A stretch of 62,849 nucleotides of DNA, filler included, from Asterionella formosa (GCA_002256025.1; 14 parts of 14 records of this genome joined end to end with filler, not necessarily neighbours in it); one strand, 5' to 3'; counted from the first letter of the whole stretch, positions 46,664 through 59,530 are shown. A program made the numbers and translations. Notes: generated from the sequence alone by a model not told the origin.

Positions 46664-48045
46664 GTAATATTCCATCGTGTGGATGCAAGAACAATTGTGA
46701 TTCAAATGAAGACTGCCTGGATGTGTCAACTTTGTCAGCACCATTGTGTTCATTGTTTATCATCATTTCATTCCTCATTCCATTCAACTGGTCCTTAATT
46801 CCCTCTAGGTTTGATCCAACAACCTTCTGAATTAACTGAACCATTCGAGACTCCGACAATACACCTCCAAATGTCCGATCATCAAGCATTTTTTCGAATT
46901 CCTTTAGCAGTGATGGTCCAAGTGCCTGTAGTTCGCCTCTCATGCTCCTGATGGCTGCAAGATGGGCAACATGAGGAGGTATACCTGTTAACTTCACAGC
47001 AAATGAGGATTCTTCCTCACATGAAAGATATCGAACAACAATATGTTCATCAAGTGCCAAAAACTCCCTTGATGTGTAGATAGCAGTCTTACTCACTGCC
47101 GACTTGTCAGTACGAAGTTGTTGGAGATGTTTTCTGTGGTGCAGGATACATGCTAGTCCAACACGAAGAAATGGAAGCACCATAACTTGCCGGTGAATCA
47201 CATCACCAAACAGGGAACGTAAAGCCAGAATCACTTTTCCATCAAGCTCTGTTTGCTTTACTCGTGCATTTGCATCATTGGGGTTTCGAATCCAAAAGTT
47301 TGGTTTTGAAACCGCAAAACGAGCAGATAGCACTGGCAATCCAGCCAATATTCGACCAACATAGTGGTCACCTGCCTTTTCATAAAGCATATAGACATCT
47401 CGCACAGTGCCTAATGTCCAACCACCTCGATTGTTGATTGCTACACTTGATGGACTTGCTGTAGAGCCACTCGATGCATATGTTGTTGCACCCTTCCTGA
47501 TGCTGTGAGTACCAATATCCTCCACCTCATATCCATCTAGATCGCCTTCATGTCCATGTAGCAACCTCTTGATAATTTTTCTGAATCGATCTTCCTGCTC
47601 TGCACCAGGAAACAATAGACCATCTGTATCTTGTAGAATTTCCGGAAAGCATGTCATGTACTCAAACAATGCAAAATCTTCAGGGTTGGTGTAGCAGTGT
47701 CGGGGCTTGAAATTCTTGGAGCCATCTTGATCATTTTTTGTATGAGAAAATCGAATCCCCACAGCATCTTGACTCCAAACCAAATGCTTGATACAGACAC
47801 CATCAGTACTATCAACACGGCACATCAAATTCCAAGTTAGACATAAAAATGCACGTGCAAAAACAGCTGATGGAGAGCCATCTTCAATCAACCATATGCT
47901 TATTTTTCGGTACAGGTCGATTGTCAATTCACGTTTTCCTTCCTCAAGGCTACCCATCCCATCTTGTTTTGCCTTACTTGCAATTCGTTTGACGCCAGCA
48001 ATGAGATCTTTCAGCTCATCATCAAAGTCGTCTGTAACCTTCATC
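46664..48045 (-). mobile_element. Crypton (CryptonS-like) tyrosine recombinase, open across the whole contig
   Basis: LTWNLMCR (R), HTKNDQDG (K), GTHSIRKG (HxxR), RGGWTLG (W), DVY (Y), AGDHYVGRILAGLP, TGIPPHV. Confidence 0.9.
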
Positions 48046-48145
48046 NNNNNNNNNNNNNNNNNNNNNNNNNNNNNNNNNNNNNNNNNNNNTTAATTAATTA
48101 ANNNNNNNNNNNNNNNNNNNNNNNNNNNNNNNNNNNNNNNNNNNN

Positions 48146-48288
48146 ATTTTAGGTTATTCCGCACCTAAAATTCAGGAAATGATGGAGAATATTTTCTCGT
48201 CCTACAGACAAATGTTGGTACAAGGCTACAGACGAAGTTAAACTTCCTTTTCAGTTCTTGGAATTTTAGGTGTGGGAAAACCTAATAA
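48146..48288. repeat. Imperfect inverted repeat of about 37 bp (MITE-like)
   Basis: attttaggttattccgcacctaaaattcaggaaatga versus tcagttcttggaattttaggtgtgggaaaacctaataat. Confidence 0.65.
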
Positions 48289-48636
48289 TGACTCCCTGCA
48301 TTCAATACTTTTGTACAGTGTAAAACGGATGACGGATTCTGATGGTTTATACCGTACTTAGCTTGAGGTCGGTACGTGATGCATTGGATTTACCGGTACC
48401 AGGTACCTGATAGGCACCTGACATGGAGCATTGATGTACTGGTAGATAAATAGAGAATTATACTGGACGGTAGTTATGACTTACTATGATATTATGGAGT
48501 ACTAATACCGGTACGAGGTACCAGGTACCTGGTACCTGATGGATGCGCATACATACATGTCAGTACGTACCGGTGTGTTGTAGAATCTTGTCGGCATGAA
48601 CTTTTCGTCGTCCTTGTCATTGAATATTGCGAAACC

Positions 48637-49070
48637 ATGATCGGTCTACAGTTTGCCACGGCTCACCTTTCCAGCATATGCTCAAAAAGCGGTGGTCCTA
48701 GACAAGTGTTTCCAAAAGCAAAGTGCAGTCCTGCGGTCATTCGTTTGTGTGTGTCGATTGCTGCTTGTGCTGTTTGCTTTCTTTTCCTGGCATGTTCTGC
48801 TGCATCATTACCATTTCGCACATCTTCTCTGTTTATGTATTCAACGATTTGATTTGTAAGAGTTCCTGAAAGTCCTTCTTGCAGGTTGAGCTGGTCAGGT
48901 GTAATAAAGTTTTTGTTGCTGTGTGAGATTCAATTCAATGGGACAACACCAAATTTCGTCAGCTGTATTTCAGGATTCAACAAACAATTATAGTTCAAAG
49001 GTCCCCAGCCTCGCTCTGCTAGCGCTTTTTTTGTGCGTAATCTCGCAAATCTTTTTTCCCAAGAAGTGAA
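48637..49070 (-). pseudogene. C-terminal remnant of a probable pogo/Fot-like transposase
   Basis: SWEKRFAR...KKALAERGWGPLNYNCLLNPEI, then (frameshifted) LNLQEG...KRMTAGLHFAFG..CLG. Confidence 0.45.
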
Positions 49071-49114
49071 TTTGCAAGTTGCAGTCGCTCCCTCTTGGCA
49101 TGTGATGGGCGGAC

Positions 49115-49280
49115 GTCTGTAAATAAAAAATATCATGAAAATATGATCAAGGGTATCGTACGCTAAGTGGCACAGGATTTTCACATATATGATAGTTTTT
49201 CGATCAAAAATATGATCAATGTATCATATTATTATGATCATGCAGTAAACTTTTACTGAGCTTGAAGTATGATGAGACTA
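49115..49280 (+). repeat. Dispersed repeat, homologous to 20030-20230
   Basis: See 20030; weaker similarity continues downstream. Confidence 0.8.
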
Positions 49281-50029
49281 TCATAGTTATAATACCATTG
49301 CATCATATAATTAGTTAAACATGGTCATATGATGTGTATACTTTTGTCATTCATTTATTTTAGCATGATCGTCATTCTCATCGATATCACTGTCTAAAAT
49401 AGGATGAAATTGATCGATATTTAGAACTATATTTAGCTAAGAATGGTTCTATGATTCTATCATATCTTAAGTGGCTACAGAATGTTCTACAATGCTCTCA
49501 TCGCAATGATTGTTAGTGCTGCTTTCNNNNNNNNNNNNNNNNNNNNNNNNNNNNNNNNNNNNNNNNNNNNTTAATTAATTAANNNNNNNNNNNNNNNNNN
49601 NNNNNNNNNNNNNNNNNNNNNNNNNNGTTTTTATACCGGTATGTTTTTTACTGTGTAGGAGCACAAGTCTATAATGTCGTTGTTTGTACATAAAGAAGAT
49701 CGCGTTACGTATCGATTCATTCATTACTTACTAACTACAAAATCACAATTATCATGCCTTCATTCACATAATATATGCATGTGGCCATCACATGCATTTA
49801 GCGGTACCTGGTACCTGGTACCAGGTACCATGTTTTAGTCCGTGGTTTGGCTGGTATTGAGATACGACCGAGTACCGGTAGGGAGTGATATATATATGCG
49901 AGGGTGTACAGTGACACCCAGGAGTACTACCGGTACCTGGTACCTGATACTCCCTCTGTCTAGTAACAGTTGCATCGATAATTCAAATTTATCCGGGGCC
50001 ATTTTGACTCCTACGATTTTCTCCGGCTC

Positions 50030-51006
50030 AATTGCCCTAGTTGTTAAGTTTCTTTTAAGAACAGCCCATTTTGTCTGTAACAAACCAAATGCCATCTCTT
50101 TCCTAATCCGTAGCTGGGAAAGAAAGAAATTATAGGCATCTTGTGTTTGGTCATCACGCTAAGAACCAACAAATGGAACTAACATGACATCTGACAATGT
50201 ATATGCTGCATCACCAACAAGATAGAAACCAGAATCAAATAATGCAGTTTTGTTGGGTAGAGCAGTTCTCTTAAATGCAACTTGATCACTGCATCATCCA
50301 GGAGCAATCACCCCAAAAAATATAAATCTACTCTCAACATCACAGATAGCCTGAACATTGATACCATAGCTAAGTCATGTAATGTCCAGAATAAAAAGCT
50401 CCTGGATTGTTTCCACAGTCACGTAGCGTGGGGCGACTAATTGTGGCTAAAAACCATCAATAGCACCAACACACCCTCTGATCAACCCTTCTGTGCTCTT
50501 TTGTTCAAAGGCCATAGCCAGTTTCACCCAATCACTCCTTGTTTTAGGAAATATAGTTTTCAGATAATCACAGTTAAGCACAACTTCAAGAAATAAATCT
50601 CGGCATCTATAGATTGAAGCTATGCTACATTCATAGGCATAACAAATGTCAATGTAGCTGCCTCCAGCCAGCCATCGAATGCCAATGGCCAGCACAATTT
50701 CTGGGTAAATGGGAGTAGCTGTACCGCACTTGGAGAAATTCCCAATGACATCACTCTCCAGCAAGTAAACCAACTTCTTAAAGGCTCGAAGGGACATTCT
50801 ATAAGTCTTTTCAAAAGCGTCCTCATGACACAGCTTCTTGACATGAGAATGCCATGACATTCTCTCATGCTCCCATTTCGCCTTCCTCTTTTTAACTTTT
50901 GTTTCAGCCTCCAGAGCCAGATGACAAAGGATAAAGAATTGATCATGGTCATCATAATCAAAGAATTGATGATTGCTTTCATTATCAAAAAATTGATTAC
51001 TGATGA
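50030..51006 (-). mobile_element. Degraded PIF/Harbinger (DDE_Tnp_4) transposase
   Basis: FEKTYRMS, LAIGIRWLAGGSY, GCVGAIDG, FYSGHY.TYGINVQAICD, YLVGDAAY, YNFFLSQLRI..EMAFGLLQTKW. Confidence 0.9.
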
Positions 51007-52668
51007 NNNNNNNNNNNNNNNNNNNNNNNNNNNNNNNNNNNNNNNNNNNNTTAATTAATTAANNNNNNNNNNNNNNNNNNNNNNNNNNNNNNNNNNNNNN
51101 NNNNNNTATTGTAATCGGTTCTAAGTATAATCCTATTGTAATTCATTAATACCTGCTGATATTATTTTTAAGTACCGGTACCGTTTTATACATATACCTA
51201 ATTAGCACAGTGATGATCACGATCGGGACAAACGTTTAAGAAAATACCTGTACTACGCATATATGTAATACATAAATTCCACATAAACAAACACAAAGTC
51301 AATAATGTCATCATAATGAATGATTACAGAAAAGTCAAAAATCATCCCTCCGTAGACACTGAGTCCATTAACACTTTTATCATTAAAAAGCTTTAGAAGT
51401 CACCGACAATGCTTCAATTCAACTGTTCCCTAGTCCTATCATGGTTTAGAATTTTGACTGCAGGCTCAACAACACAACCCATCAACCATCCAAAACCCAA
51501 ACAATCATAGCCGAAAGGCATTCAGTTTCATTGCAGAGCTTTATCTAATATCCAGGGGAACAATCATTAGCATTCGGCACCATCTTATCATTAGATGCAA
51601 ATCCTTTCGAAGTTTGGCTGACAGAAAATCTTGAAGATTGGTACTCCAAGGCTCTTACCATCAAATGTCAATTCTTTCGACAATGTGTAGCAGATGATCT
51701 TGTGAGAATATTCGAAGTTCCTACGGGTGAATAGTCGTACGATCCCGGTATGAAAGTATCTGATGGGTTTCCGGGATTGTTTTCGGTTGTTGTTGGATTC
51801 GATTTGTAACTTGCTTCAGATGCCGATGCCGTTTCCATCAAAGCTGCTGGGTCCTCCTTGACAATGTTTGGTGGCGATATCAGTATCGATTTGAGAGGTG
51901 GTATGGGCGATGTTACAGGTGTCATTCATGTATATTCGAATGTTCCCGGTCTCCTCTTGTTGCCGTTTTGTGAGCGATCCAACTGATGGTTGATGAGTTA
52001 CCTTTTGTGGAAATGACGATACTATCTCATATAACTAAAATAGATTCGTTCGATATTGATCCTGTCTTATTGGTTATTAAACTACGTTTATTTGTATTTG
52101 ATATTCGGTGGTTTCCCTCAAATCTCGATTATCTCGACACGATTTGTCGCTTCTTCTTGATATATCACAAGTCCATGGACTTACCTTGGGTTGCCTCCCA
52201 ACAGCCAAGACAAAGGAGACGACCCGTAACTTGCATTTGAACAAGATTTATGATAAGATTCTTGGTGATTGCAAGACTGGAACAAACAAGGGATACTACA
52301 TCACAGGTCAGCTCAATCCTACGATTTATAGAGATGATAAAATGATGAGCCAGATCCAGCCATGCCTGTCAGAGGATGGCGGAAATGTTTAAAAGCTGCT
52401 TCAAAAATCTTTATGAGCAGTCTCATGCTGAACTTCTCTCTTCTTACATTGTTCATGACCAGCTTTTGGCGGCAGAATGGAAAATGCNNNNNNNNNNNNN
52501 NNNNNNNNNNNNNNNNNNNNNNNNNNNNNNNTTAATTAATTAANNNNNNNNNNNNNNNNNNNNNNNNNNNNNNNNNNNNNNNNNNNNTTTGTGCCGATGA
52601 AGCAACCAATGGACTCTTCAACTAGGCATATTGAACCACACTTGCACACCATGTTAGTTATAATAGTA

Positions 52669-53968
52669 CTAGTTCTTAGCATTGCACAAAACATTCAAAA
52701 ACATATTGTTCAATTCCTCATAAACCCATGGAGTGAAATGATTAGCATCCCAAAAGACACTACTTCATTCTCGATAATTCCACAGTTTGCCATTTTCCTG
52801 CTTTGGTGGTTGAGGATGCATTTGAGGAAGACCATAGAATGCCATGGTCAGATGTGATGCATCAAAGATTACACACCCCGACTGTATGGTTGCATCCCTT
52901 ACTGTTTTCATCTCCTCGTCTCGAAATCCTCGTTTACTATCAGGGCTGGCTGTAGTAGTTTTGAAGAAACAACGTCCACGTTCACCACCTGCAAAGTGAT
53001 GCAACAGTGGCATGATAGTGTCAACTTGGTCTTCAGTCAACATGCCCCGAAGGCCTCGATTGTACATGACTATGTCCACGTCTGGAAGAATATGGTGTAG
53101 CGAACTAGTAGAACTGTTTTCATTCAATGCCTGATACAATGGTGCACTCCAATCAAAGTCTTTGGCACGCTGACGGCCAATGAGATGCTCGTTATCCTTT
53201 TCGGTCATTCGACATGTCCCTTTGAATGCACAATCAGTAAAATTCCATCCCCGAACAGGATAGGGATTTGATCCCCATCCAAGTTCTGAAATGAAACTCA
53301 ATATGACTTTTCCTCCTTCAGGAGCACCAACATCATCAGATACATACAAAAAATTCTCAACAGGGACATGCACAGGACCTGCGGTTGGGTCATCTTCCTT
53401 TCTGGCACATAAACATTGAAATCTGCCATTAAATGTTCCACCATCTATACCACCACCCAAATCACGATGGTATGTTTGGAAATTTTTCCAATCACCTTCC
53501 ATACACACATTGGGTTCAGCACTTGGAGAACATGTAGCTTCCCCTTGCTCATTGAAATGAGTACAATTCTTTTCTTTCCCAAATCTCGGTGGATATTTCC
53601 CTTTCTCAATGAAATATGCCAAACTTATGAATTGATATCTAGTCAATGAATCTCCAATAAAGGACACATGTTTCTTGGACAAACACTGGCGTGCTTCTGA
53701 CGCTGTATATCGATGTAACTGACATGTAAAGGGTAGATTTAATTGCCTTGAGCCATCTGCTCGAAGGGTCCACACATTTGGTGTAGAATCTCTATTTGTC
53801 AGGAACGATCCGTCAGCTACTGGAGAATTAGGTGCATTCATTAAGGATCGACAGGTGGGAAGTGTCTGTATAGTTTTTGTTGGTGTAGTGCTGGTGCTAG
53901 TGCCAGCAATTGCATCTTCCAATCTTTTCACTTGTGCTCGTAGAGTGGAAATGTCAAGTGGATCTTGT
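52669..53968 (-). pseudogene. SGNH/GDS-DxxH (PC-esterase-like) acyl-esterase or O-acetyltransferase, 5'-truncated, with one in-frame TGA at 52765-52767
   Basis: CLSKKHVSFIGDSLTRYQF (GDS), CFFKTTT; after the TGA the same frame continues SSVFWDANHFTPWVYEELNNMFLNVLCNAKN*. Confidence 0.8.
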
Positions 53969-54068
53969 NNNNNNNNNNNNNNNNNNNNNNNNNNNNNNNN
54001 NNNNNNNNNNNNTTAATTAATTAANNNNNNNNNNNNNNNNNNNNNNNNNNNNNNNNNNNNNNNNNNNN

Positions 54069-55449
54069 CCGAAATTGAAGGAACAACGAGGAAGGTCTCG
54101 GTCACTCTGGTGAAGGAAGAGTTTAGATATTTTGTTGAACAACTGGTCAAACAGTTTTCGATTGGAATTACCCTTTACTGTTTTGGGACGCCCGATCATA
54201 TAAGAATATAGCTCCATGAGGTGATCCATTATTCCTTCTTGAATGGAATGGAGTTTTTCAGGAGGAACGTGCCCATTAACACCAAGAGGATCGCCACCAA
54301 AACACAACTGATACCAAAAGGGATAGATGAATCTTTGGCTCACATTATCCAATAAATCTTTTATGCCCCGGATTAATAGTTCCTCGTAATCAATCTGACC
54401 TACAGGACTGCATTCATGAGATGGATTGTCCGTTTGATCAAACGGACAATCACATTCACGACACATTCTGGCAGTCTTTAGATATGTTTTCTTTCGTCCG
54501 CATTGTCCATCTAAACCTTCAGCATCACCGAGAATTAGACCAACCGGAACTTTCACATTAAGTGTAAATTGATTGCCTCCGAAATTGAAAATGTGTTTGA
54601 ATCCACCAGCTTGTTGGACATTCTTGACCCCCTCAAGAATCACACCAAGGACAGCGTGATAATCGGATTCCTTTTGATCAGGGGTTAGGGACTGGATTTC
54701 AGATAGACTTGATGAGGTCAGCTTTGGGATCAATCCGATTGGCCGCCATGCATTGACCTTATTTCTCACATTGGTAGTAAAAATACCAAGTGACATTAGG
54801 ACAGGCTCCATTGTGTACTTTCCTTTTTCAACCGTGTGTGTCTTGTCAATAAAGAACATGAGTGGAACAAGGAAGTCATTTGGCTGAGAACATAAATATT
54901 CATGGGCATCTATCCACCAGGTACCAGTGTGAAATTCGGATCTGACACTGGTGGGTTGCGGTGCTTTACACGGATTGACGAAATCAAATGACACATTTTG
55001 TGGTGACATTAGTATGTCATTTGTCAAGAGATTCTTAACCTGAGCCATGAAATCAAAACATACAACATCAATCAGTTTTCCATCATGCAATATGGCCTGT
55101 TTCACCTGGGGAGTTAAATCATTCATGTTAAATCGGTTTTGAAATTCTTTCAGAACAGTGGTCCTCCTGGGAGGACAAGATTCAAAAATGAATCCAGCTT
55201 CCTGAGCTGTGCTGCAGAAACTCATGATTTGATCATACATATAAAGAGGAGAACGGGTGCCAAGCAAAAGACTAAGCAGTCGAGACTTCATAACATCGCC
55301 AACTGAGAATGGTATACCAGGATCGGCGGAGGAAAACCTAATCCCTGTGGTGCTCAGGACTGGAATAGTATTGGTTTCATCCTGTACCACTATTTCGCTT
55401 GTATTTTCTTCATCTTCTTTTTGATCAATGTCATATATATTGGTATGAT
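54069..55449 (-). mobile_element. Plavaka-like (CACTA-related) transposase, open frame, truncated by contig ends
   Basis: SEFHTGTWW, VPLMFFIDKTH, EPVLMSLGIF..RN..AWRPIGLIP, YHAVL..IL, LGDAEG.D..CG, CRECDCP, EKLHSIQEG. Confidence 0.75.
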
Positions 55450-57139
55450 NNNNNNNNNNNNNNNNNNNNNNNNNNNNNNNNNNNNNNNNNNNNTTAATTA
55501 ATTAANNNNNNNNNNNNNNNNNNNNNNNNNNNNNNNNNNNNNNNNNNNNCAGGTTGTTCCAGTTCTTAAGTAGTAGTTAGCCATCAACCTTTCAATATGC
55601 CGAAGGATTTCATTCAATATTTTTTCAATCAGACTCCACCATCATACCACTACATGTCTATTCTTTCCATGTTCATCGCCATACTTTATTGCACAAGTCA
55701 ACACTGGCCATCACAAGTAATCTCCATCACATATAAAATAATATCCTTTACATCCAATGCTAGATGAATCCTCAGAGAACACATGCTATTCTTCCCTGCC
55801 CAGAAAATAATACCTATAATTTAAATTGGAAACGCAAGAGTCATATGATCGAATTTGACTGTGTGTTTGTAATTTCTTGCTCTTGGGTGTAGGTAACAGA
55901 TGGTCTAAATCTTTCTTATCTGATCGAAAATCGCCTCAAAAAACTAATGGATACCGCCCCTTTTGAACACCAGTTGTTGCTAGTGAAGTATAGAGGACAC
56001 CAAGTAAGAGCAAGTGGAGGTCGGTGTAGAGAAGATTGGTGCAATCTTTCAATGATGGATCATAGTACTACTATCCATTTTGAGATTCTTGCCATGCACG
56101 TCATAGAGCACTCTGAATATGCTATCATGTGGAACACGAAAAACCTTCCAAAAAAGCTTGTCATGCATGTGGTAATGTCCAATTGTAATTGGTTCTTTTC
56201 CGTTGTGAGGCAGGAGCTTCTTTCACCATCATGAGTCTTGCTTTGAAAATTGAGGTTGTTCATTTCTCCCTACTTTATTTTGATTTTGTCATTGGGTGGT
56301 GAAGATCATCAAATTGAATCTTCTTGTTGCATCTTTGTACTCAATAATATCCTGACAATGAATGCCAGTATGCACTGTAATACTAAAATAGAGACCACAT
56401 ATAAAGTATACGGTAATGATGCATCAAAAGGAACTGTATACTACCGGTATACTACACTCCAGATCATCAGGTAGCTGATGGCAGGTACCTGATGGTAGTG
56501 CCAGGTAGTATTACCTATACCTGGTATAGTAATGAAAGAGATATACTGGTATATACCAGTATTTCATGCATTCCGTTATACGTATTAACTAGCTCATCTC
56601 TCGCTCTCCTACCTACTATACAAGCAGGCTGGAACGCGCACAAAACAACGTATTTCGTTTCTTGTGTTGCTTTTCTTGGAAGTTTGCCCCGGCATCACCC
56701 AACGTCGACTCCTGATTTGACTCTTTTCGTTTGCTCCATTGTCGAAAGAAGAATTGGAAGCGACGTGAGATTCCAATCAACAGAGCCTCAAGTTCAGAAG
56801 CGCAGACAAACAATAAACACTACCCACTTCGAACATGACGTTGTCACAAGAACGAACTACAATTTGTGAATCCTCGCCATTCGTTGGAACATGTGCTATT
56901 CAGCACCTTCGTTGGATACAGATGATACTNNNNNNNNNNNNNNNNNNNNNNNNNNNNNNNNNNNNNNNNNNNNTTAATTAATTAANNNNNNNNNNNNNNN
57001 NNNNNNNNNNNNNNNNNNNNNNNNNNNNNAGTGAGTGTTGTTGGCGGAGTGGTAATTAATACTTCGATGTACCCGTACAAAGTCACCGAGATTGCTGTCA
57101 ATGTTGTTGCCGTGGATTTTATAGACGCATCTGTATCTA

Positions 57140-58030
57140 CTTAAAATGTACGGGTGAGTACCAGGTAGTCGACCAGTACCGGGGAACTTGGTACCACTGG
57201 TAAACCTCTATTCTTCAGTAAGGCTTGGTTAGGTTGCTGGTATACCGGTACCTTGCATGTTGCGGTAATTGTGCTGAAGCTCAATAACCTCAACTTGCTC
57301 TGGTACCTGGTAGGTGGACCGGGTACCAGGTACCTGGTACCAGGTGAGTAGGTACAAGGTATCGGACGAGTTGGAATCAAAGCTGGCGGCTCCTGAGCAT
57401 CAGGCACAGTACCCTGGTACCAGGTACCAGGTACCGGTACCCCGTCTAATACCCTGGTACCAGTGGTACCGGTATATTCTATGTAGCTACCGGTACATGT
57501 CCGGCTGTGGTGTGACCAGAGCAATTTTGATGAATATAAATAGTTCTTCGGCCCTTCCAATGATTACTTTGCGTTTTAATAGTTATAAGTGTAATTATCT
57601 GCAGCTTGTAAGTCTACTTAAAATGTACTATCTACTTTCTCAATTTATGCTTGTCCCCTTTTTAGTTATGAATTAGTGGCGTTGAAAGCAGCACCAGCAA
57701 AGACTAGTAGTATAGTGCCGGTATTCATATCACAGAAAGTATGCCTGTAGAAACTGGAGGATCAGCCAGAGCTGCATTCTTAGGCTGTGAAATCTACGTT
57801 GACTACCGTACCGGTACCGTTAGGTTCATAAAATCACCTGGTCGTGGGCTGATGGAGTGATGGCACATAGGAACTCTATCTACGAGGTACCAGGTACCAG
57901 GTACCTGGTACTGGGAGTACATGGTACCAGCGCCGGTACTGGCACCTGGTTCCAAACATGTAGAATGATGTACATTTTACCAGTCAGAACCACAATGAGT
58001 CCAGGGTACCTGTTTCCAGGTACCAGTAAC
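57140..58030. repeat. Densest array of TA-CCWGG / TA-CCGG modules
   Basis: For example ggtaccaggtacctggtaccaggt (57322), tacctggtaccaggtaccaggtaccggtacc-like run (57410-57442), ggtaccaggtaccaggtacctggtactg (57886). Confidence 0.9.
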
Positions 58031-58216
58031 GGCACGGACGTGTGTTTACGTTCTCATCATTGCAGCGCCCTTTTTCAATTCCGACCACACTTTAAGTTGT
58101 CATCCCCAAGATACAATAAGCTTTGTAATAGATTTGGTGATCTCCATCAACATCTGTTTCTACTCTTTATTCTGATTCCTCCTTCCTTCCAACTCGACAA
58201 CACCCGACCAACAAAA

Positions 58217-58409
58217 ATGAATCAGAGGCTAATATCTCAACTCTTGCTTCAACACCGAATGGGTGGTGCGCTTCGGTCATCCATAACTCGCCGAACCGGT
58301 ACGAGTTCCAATGGAGCCACCTTTCATTGGCATTATCCTAATTATATGAATACTGCAACAGCAACGATACGATGGTATCAAGTGAGTCCACTTGTATTGG
58401 ATAAAGACC
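58217..58409 (+). CDS. 5' end of a gene with a probable mitochondrial transit peptide (truncated by linker)
   Basis: aaaaATG context; Arg/Ser/Thr-rich N-terminus with no acidic residues until RWYQVSPLVLDKD. Confidence 0.45.
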
Positions 58410-58509
58410 NNNNNNNNNNNNNNNNNNNNNNNNNNNNNNNNNNNNNNNNNNNNTTAATTAATTAANNNNNNNNNNNNNNNNNNNNNNNNNNNNNNNNNNN
58501 NNNNNNNNN

Positions 58510-59530
58510 AGAATAGTTCCTTCTGACCTATGGTTTGACAAAGATCTCAATTTGTACAATTGCAAGGTGGATGCATGCAGTTGGATTCAAGTATGAGATT
58601 CGAAAGAAACATTACTTTGTCGATGGTCATGAGAAGGCAGACACCTCAGCCTACCGTCGAATTTTCATTGCTGAATACTGGTTACATTTACAGCAGAAAA
58701 ATCTAAACTTCTAGAGTCACAAGGTTTAGTTGCCAAGCATACTGGATTTCATTACAGTGACCATGATGGAACCTCTATGGTAGAATATCATGCAGACAAC
58801 TTTGATAACTCACCGGATCTTCCAATGGGAGGCAATTGTAGTGTGCAAAAGAAAATTGACGAGCAAACTGTTATGATTGTTGGACAGGATGAAGAAATAT
58901 TCAAACAATTCTTGTTGAATTCCAAGATGTGGAAAGGTCCGAATGGCGAACTACCAAAAGATGAGGGTTCTGGAGTAATGATCAGTTCATTTATCACTCG
59001 AGAGCAAGGCTTGACAAGAGAAATCGATGACTATATTCTTACAACGGTCAATGCCAATAGACTTGGAGCAAGTTATGCAGATGAGGAAGCTAGAATTGAC
59101 GTACATGGGACCAAAAAGAAGAAGCCATTGACAAAAAACTATTCTCCATTCTTGGTCTACTTTGATTATGGAGAAAATCGAAATGGCTACTGGAATTACA
59201 ATCACATGGTGTGTCAATTCGAAGACACAATTGATGTACTAAAAGTGATGCATCCACACTATAAGTTTGTTTATCTATTTGACCATTCAAGTGGACACAG
59301 CAAACATAGACCTGATGGATTGAGTTCAATCAGGGTAAAAAAAACCTTTGGTGGAAAAGGGTTGCCCATGCGATCAACAATCATTGAACAAGAAGCAGGA
59401 TTCCTTGGCCCCTTTCAAAGAAAATTATAGCCTGGTCAAACACAGCACCTAACATTCCAACCTGATGATGTGGGCCCATGTTGGATGACTCCTGCTGAAC
59501 AAGAAGCAAGTCGACATGAAACCATCATTG
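58510..59530 (+). mobile_element. Degraded DDE transposase, IS630/Tc1/mariner-related (possibly Sagan-like)
   Basis: YFVDGHEK, GQDEEIF, PKDEGSGVMISSF, YGEN.NGYWNY, FVYLFDHSSGH.K.RPDGL; upstream frameshift and TAG at 59428. Confidence 0.7.

Noticed and set aside
51107..52487. Possible degraded retroelement ORF
   Set aside because: Some coding-like stretches but no recognisable domain.
55550..56350. Possible second Harbinger-like remnant
   Set aside because: Too degraded; catalytic motifs not found.
57141..57676. ORFs rich in VPGTWYQ / PGTRY
   Set aside because: These are translations of the GGTACC module arrays, not proteins.
57140..58030. Telomeric repeat, or bacterial Dcm/KpnI-site contamination
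   Set aside because: Units are mixed in orientation and length and are dispersed among intron-containing eukaryotic genes; they are not strand-biased terminal tracts.
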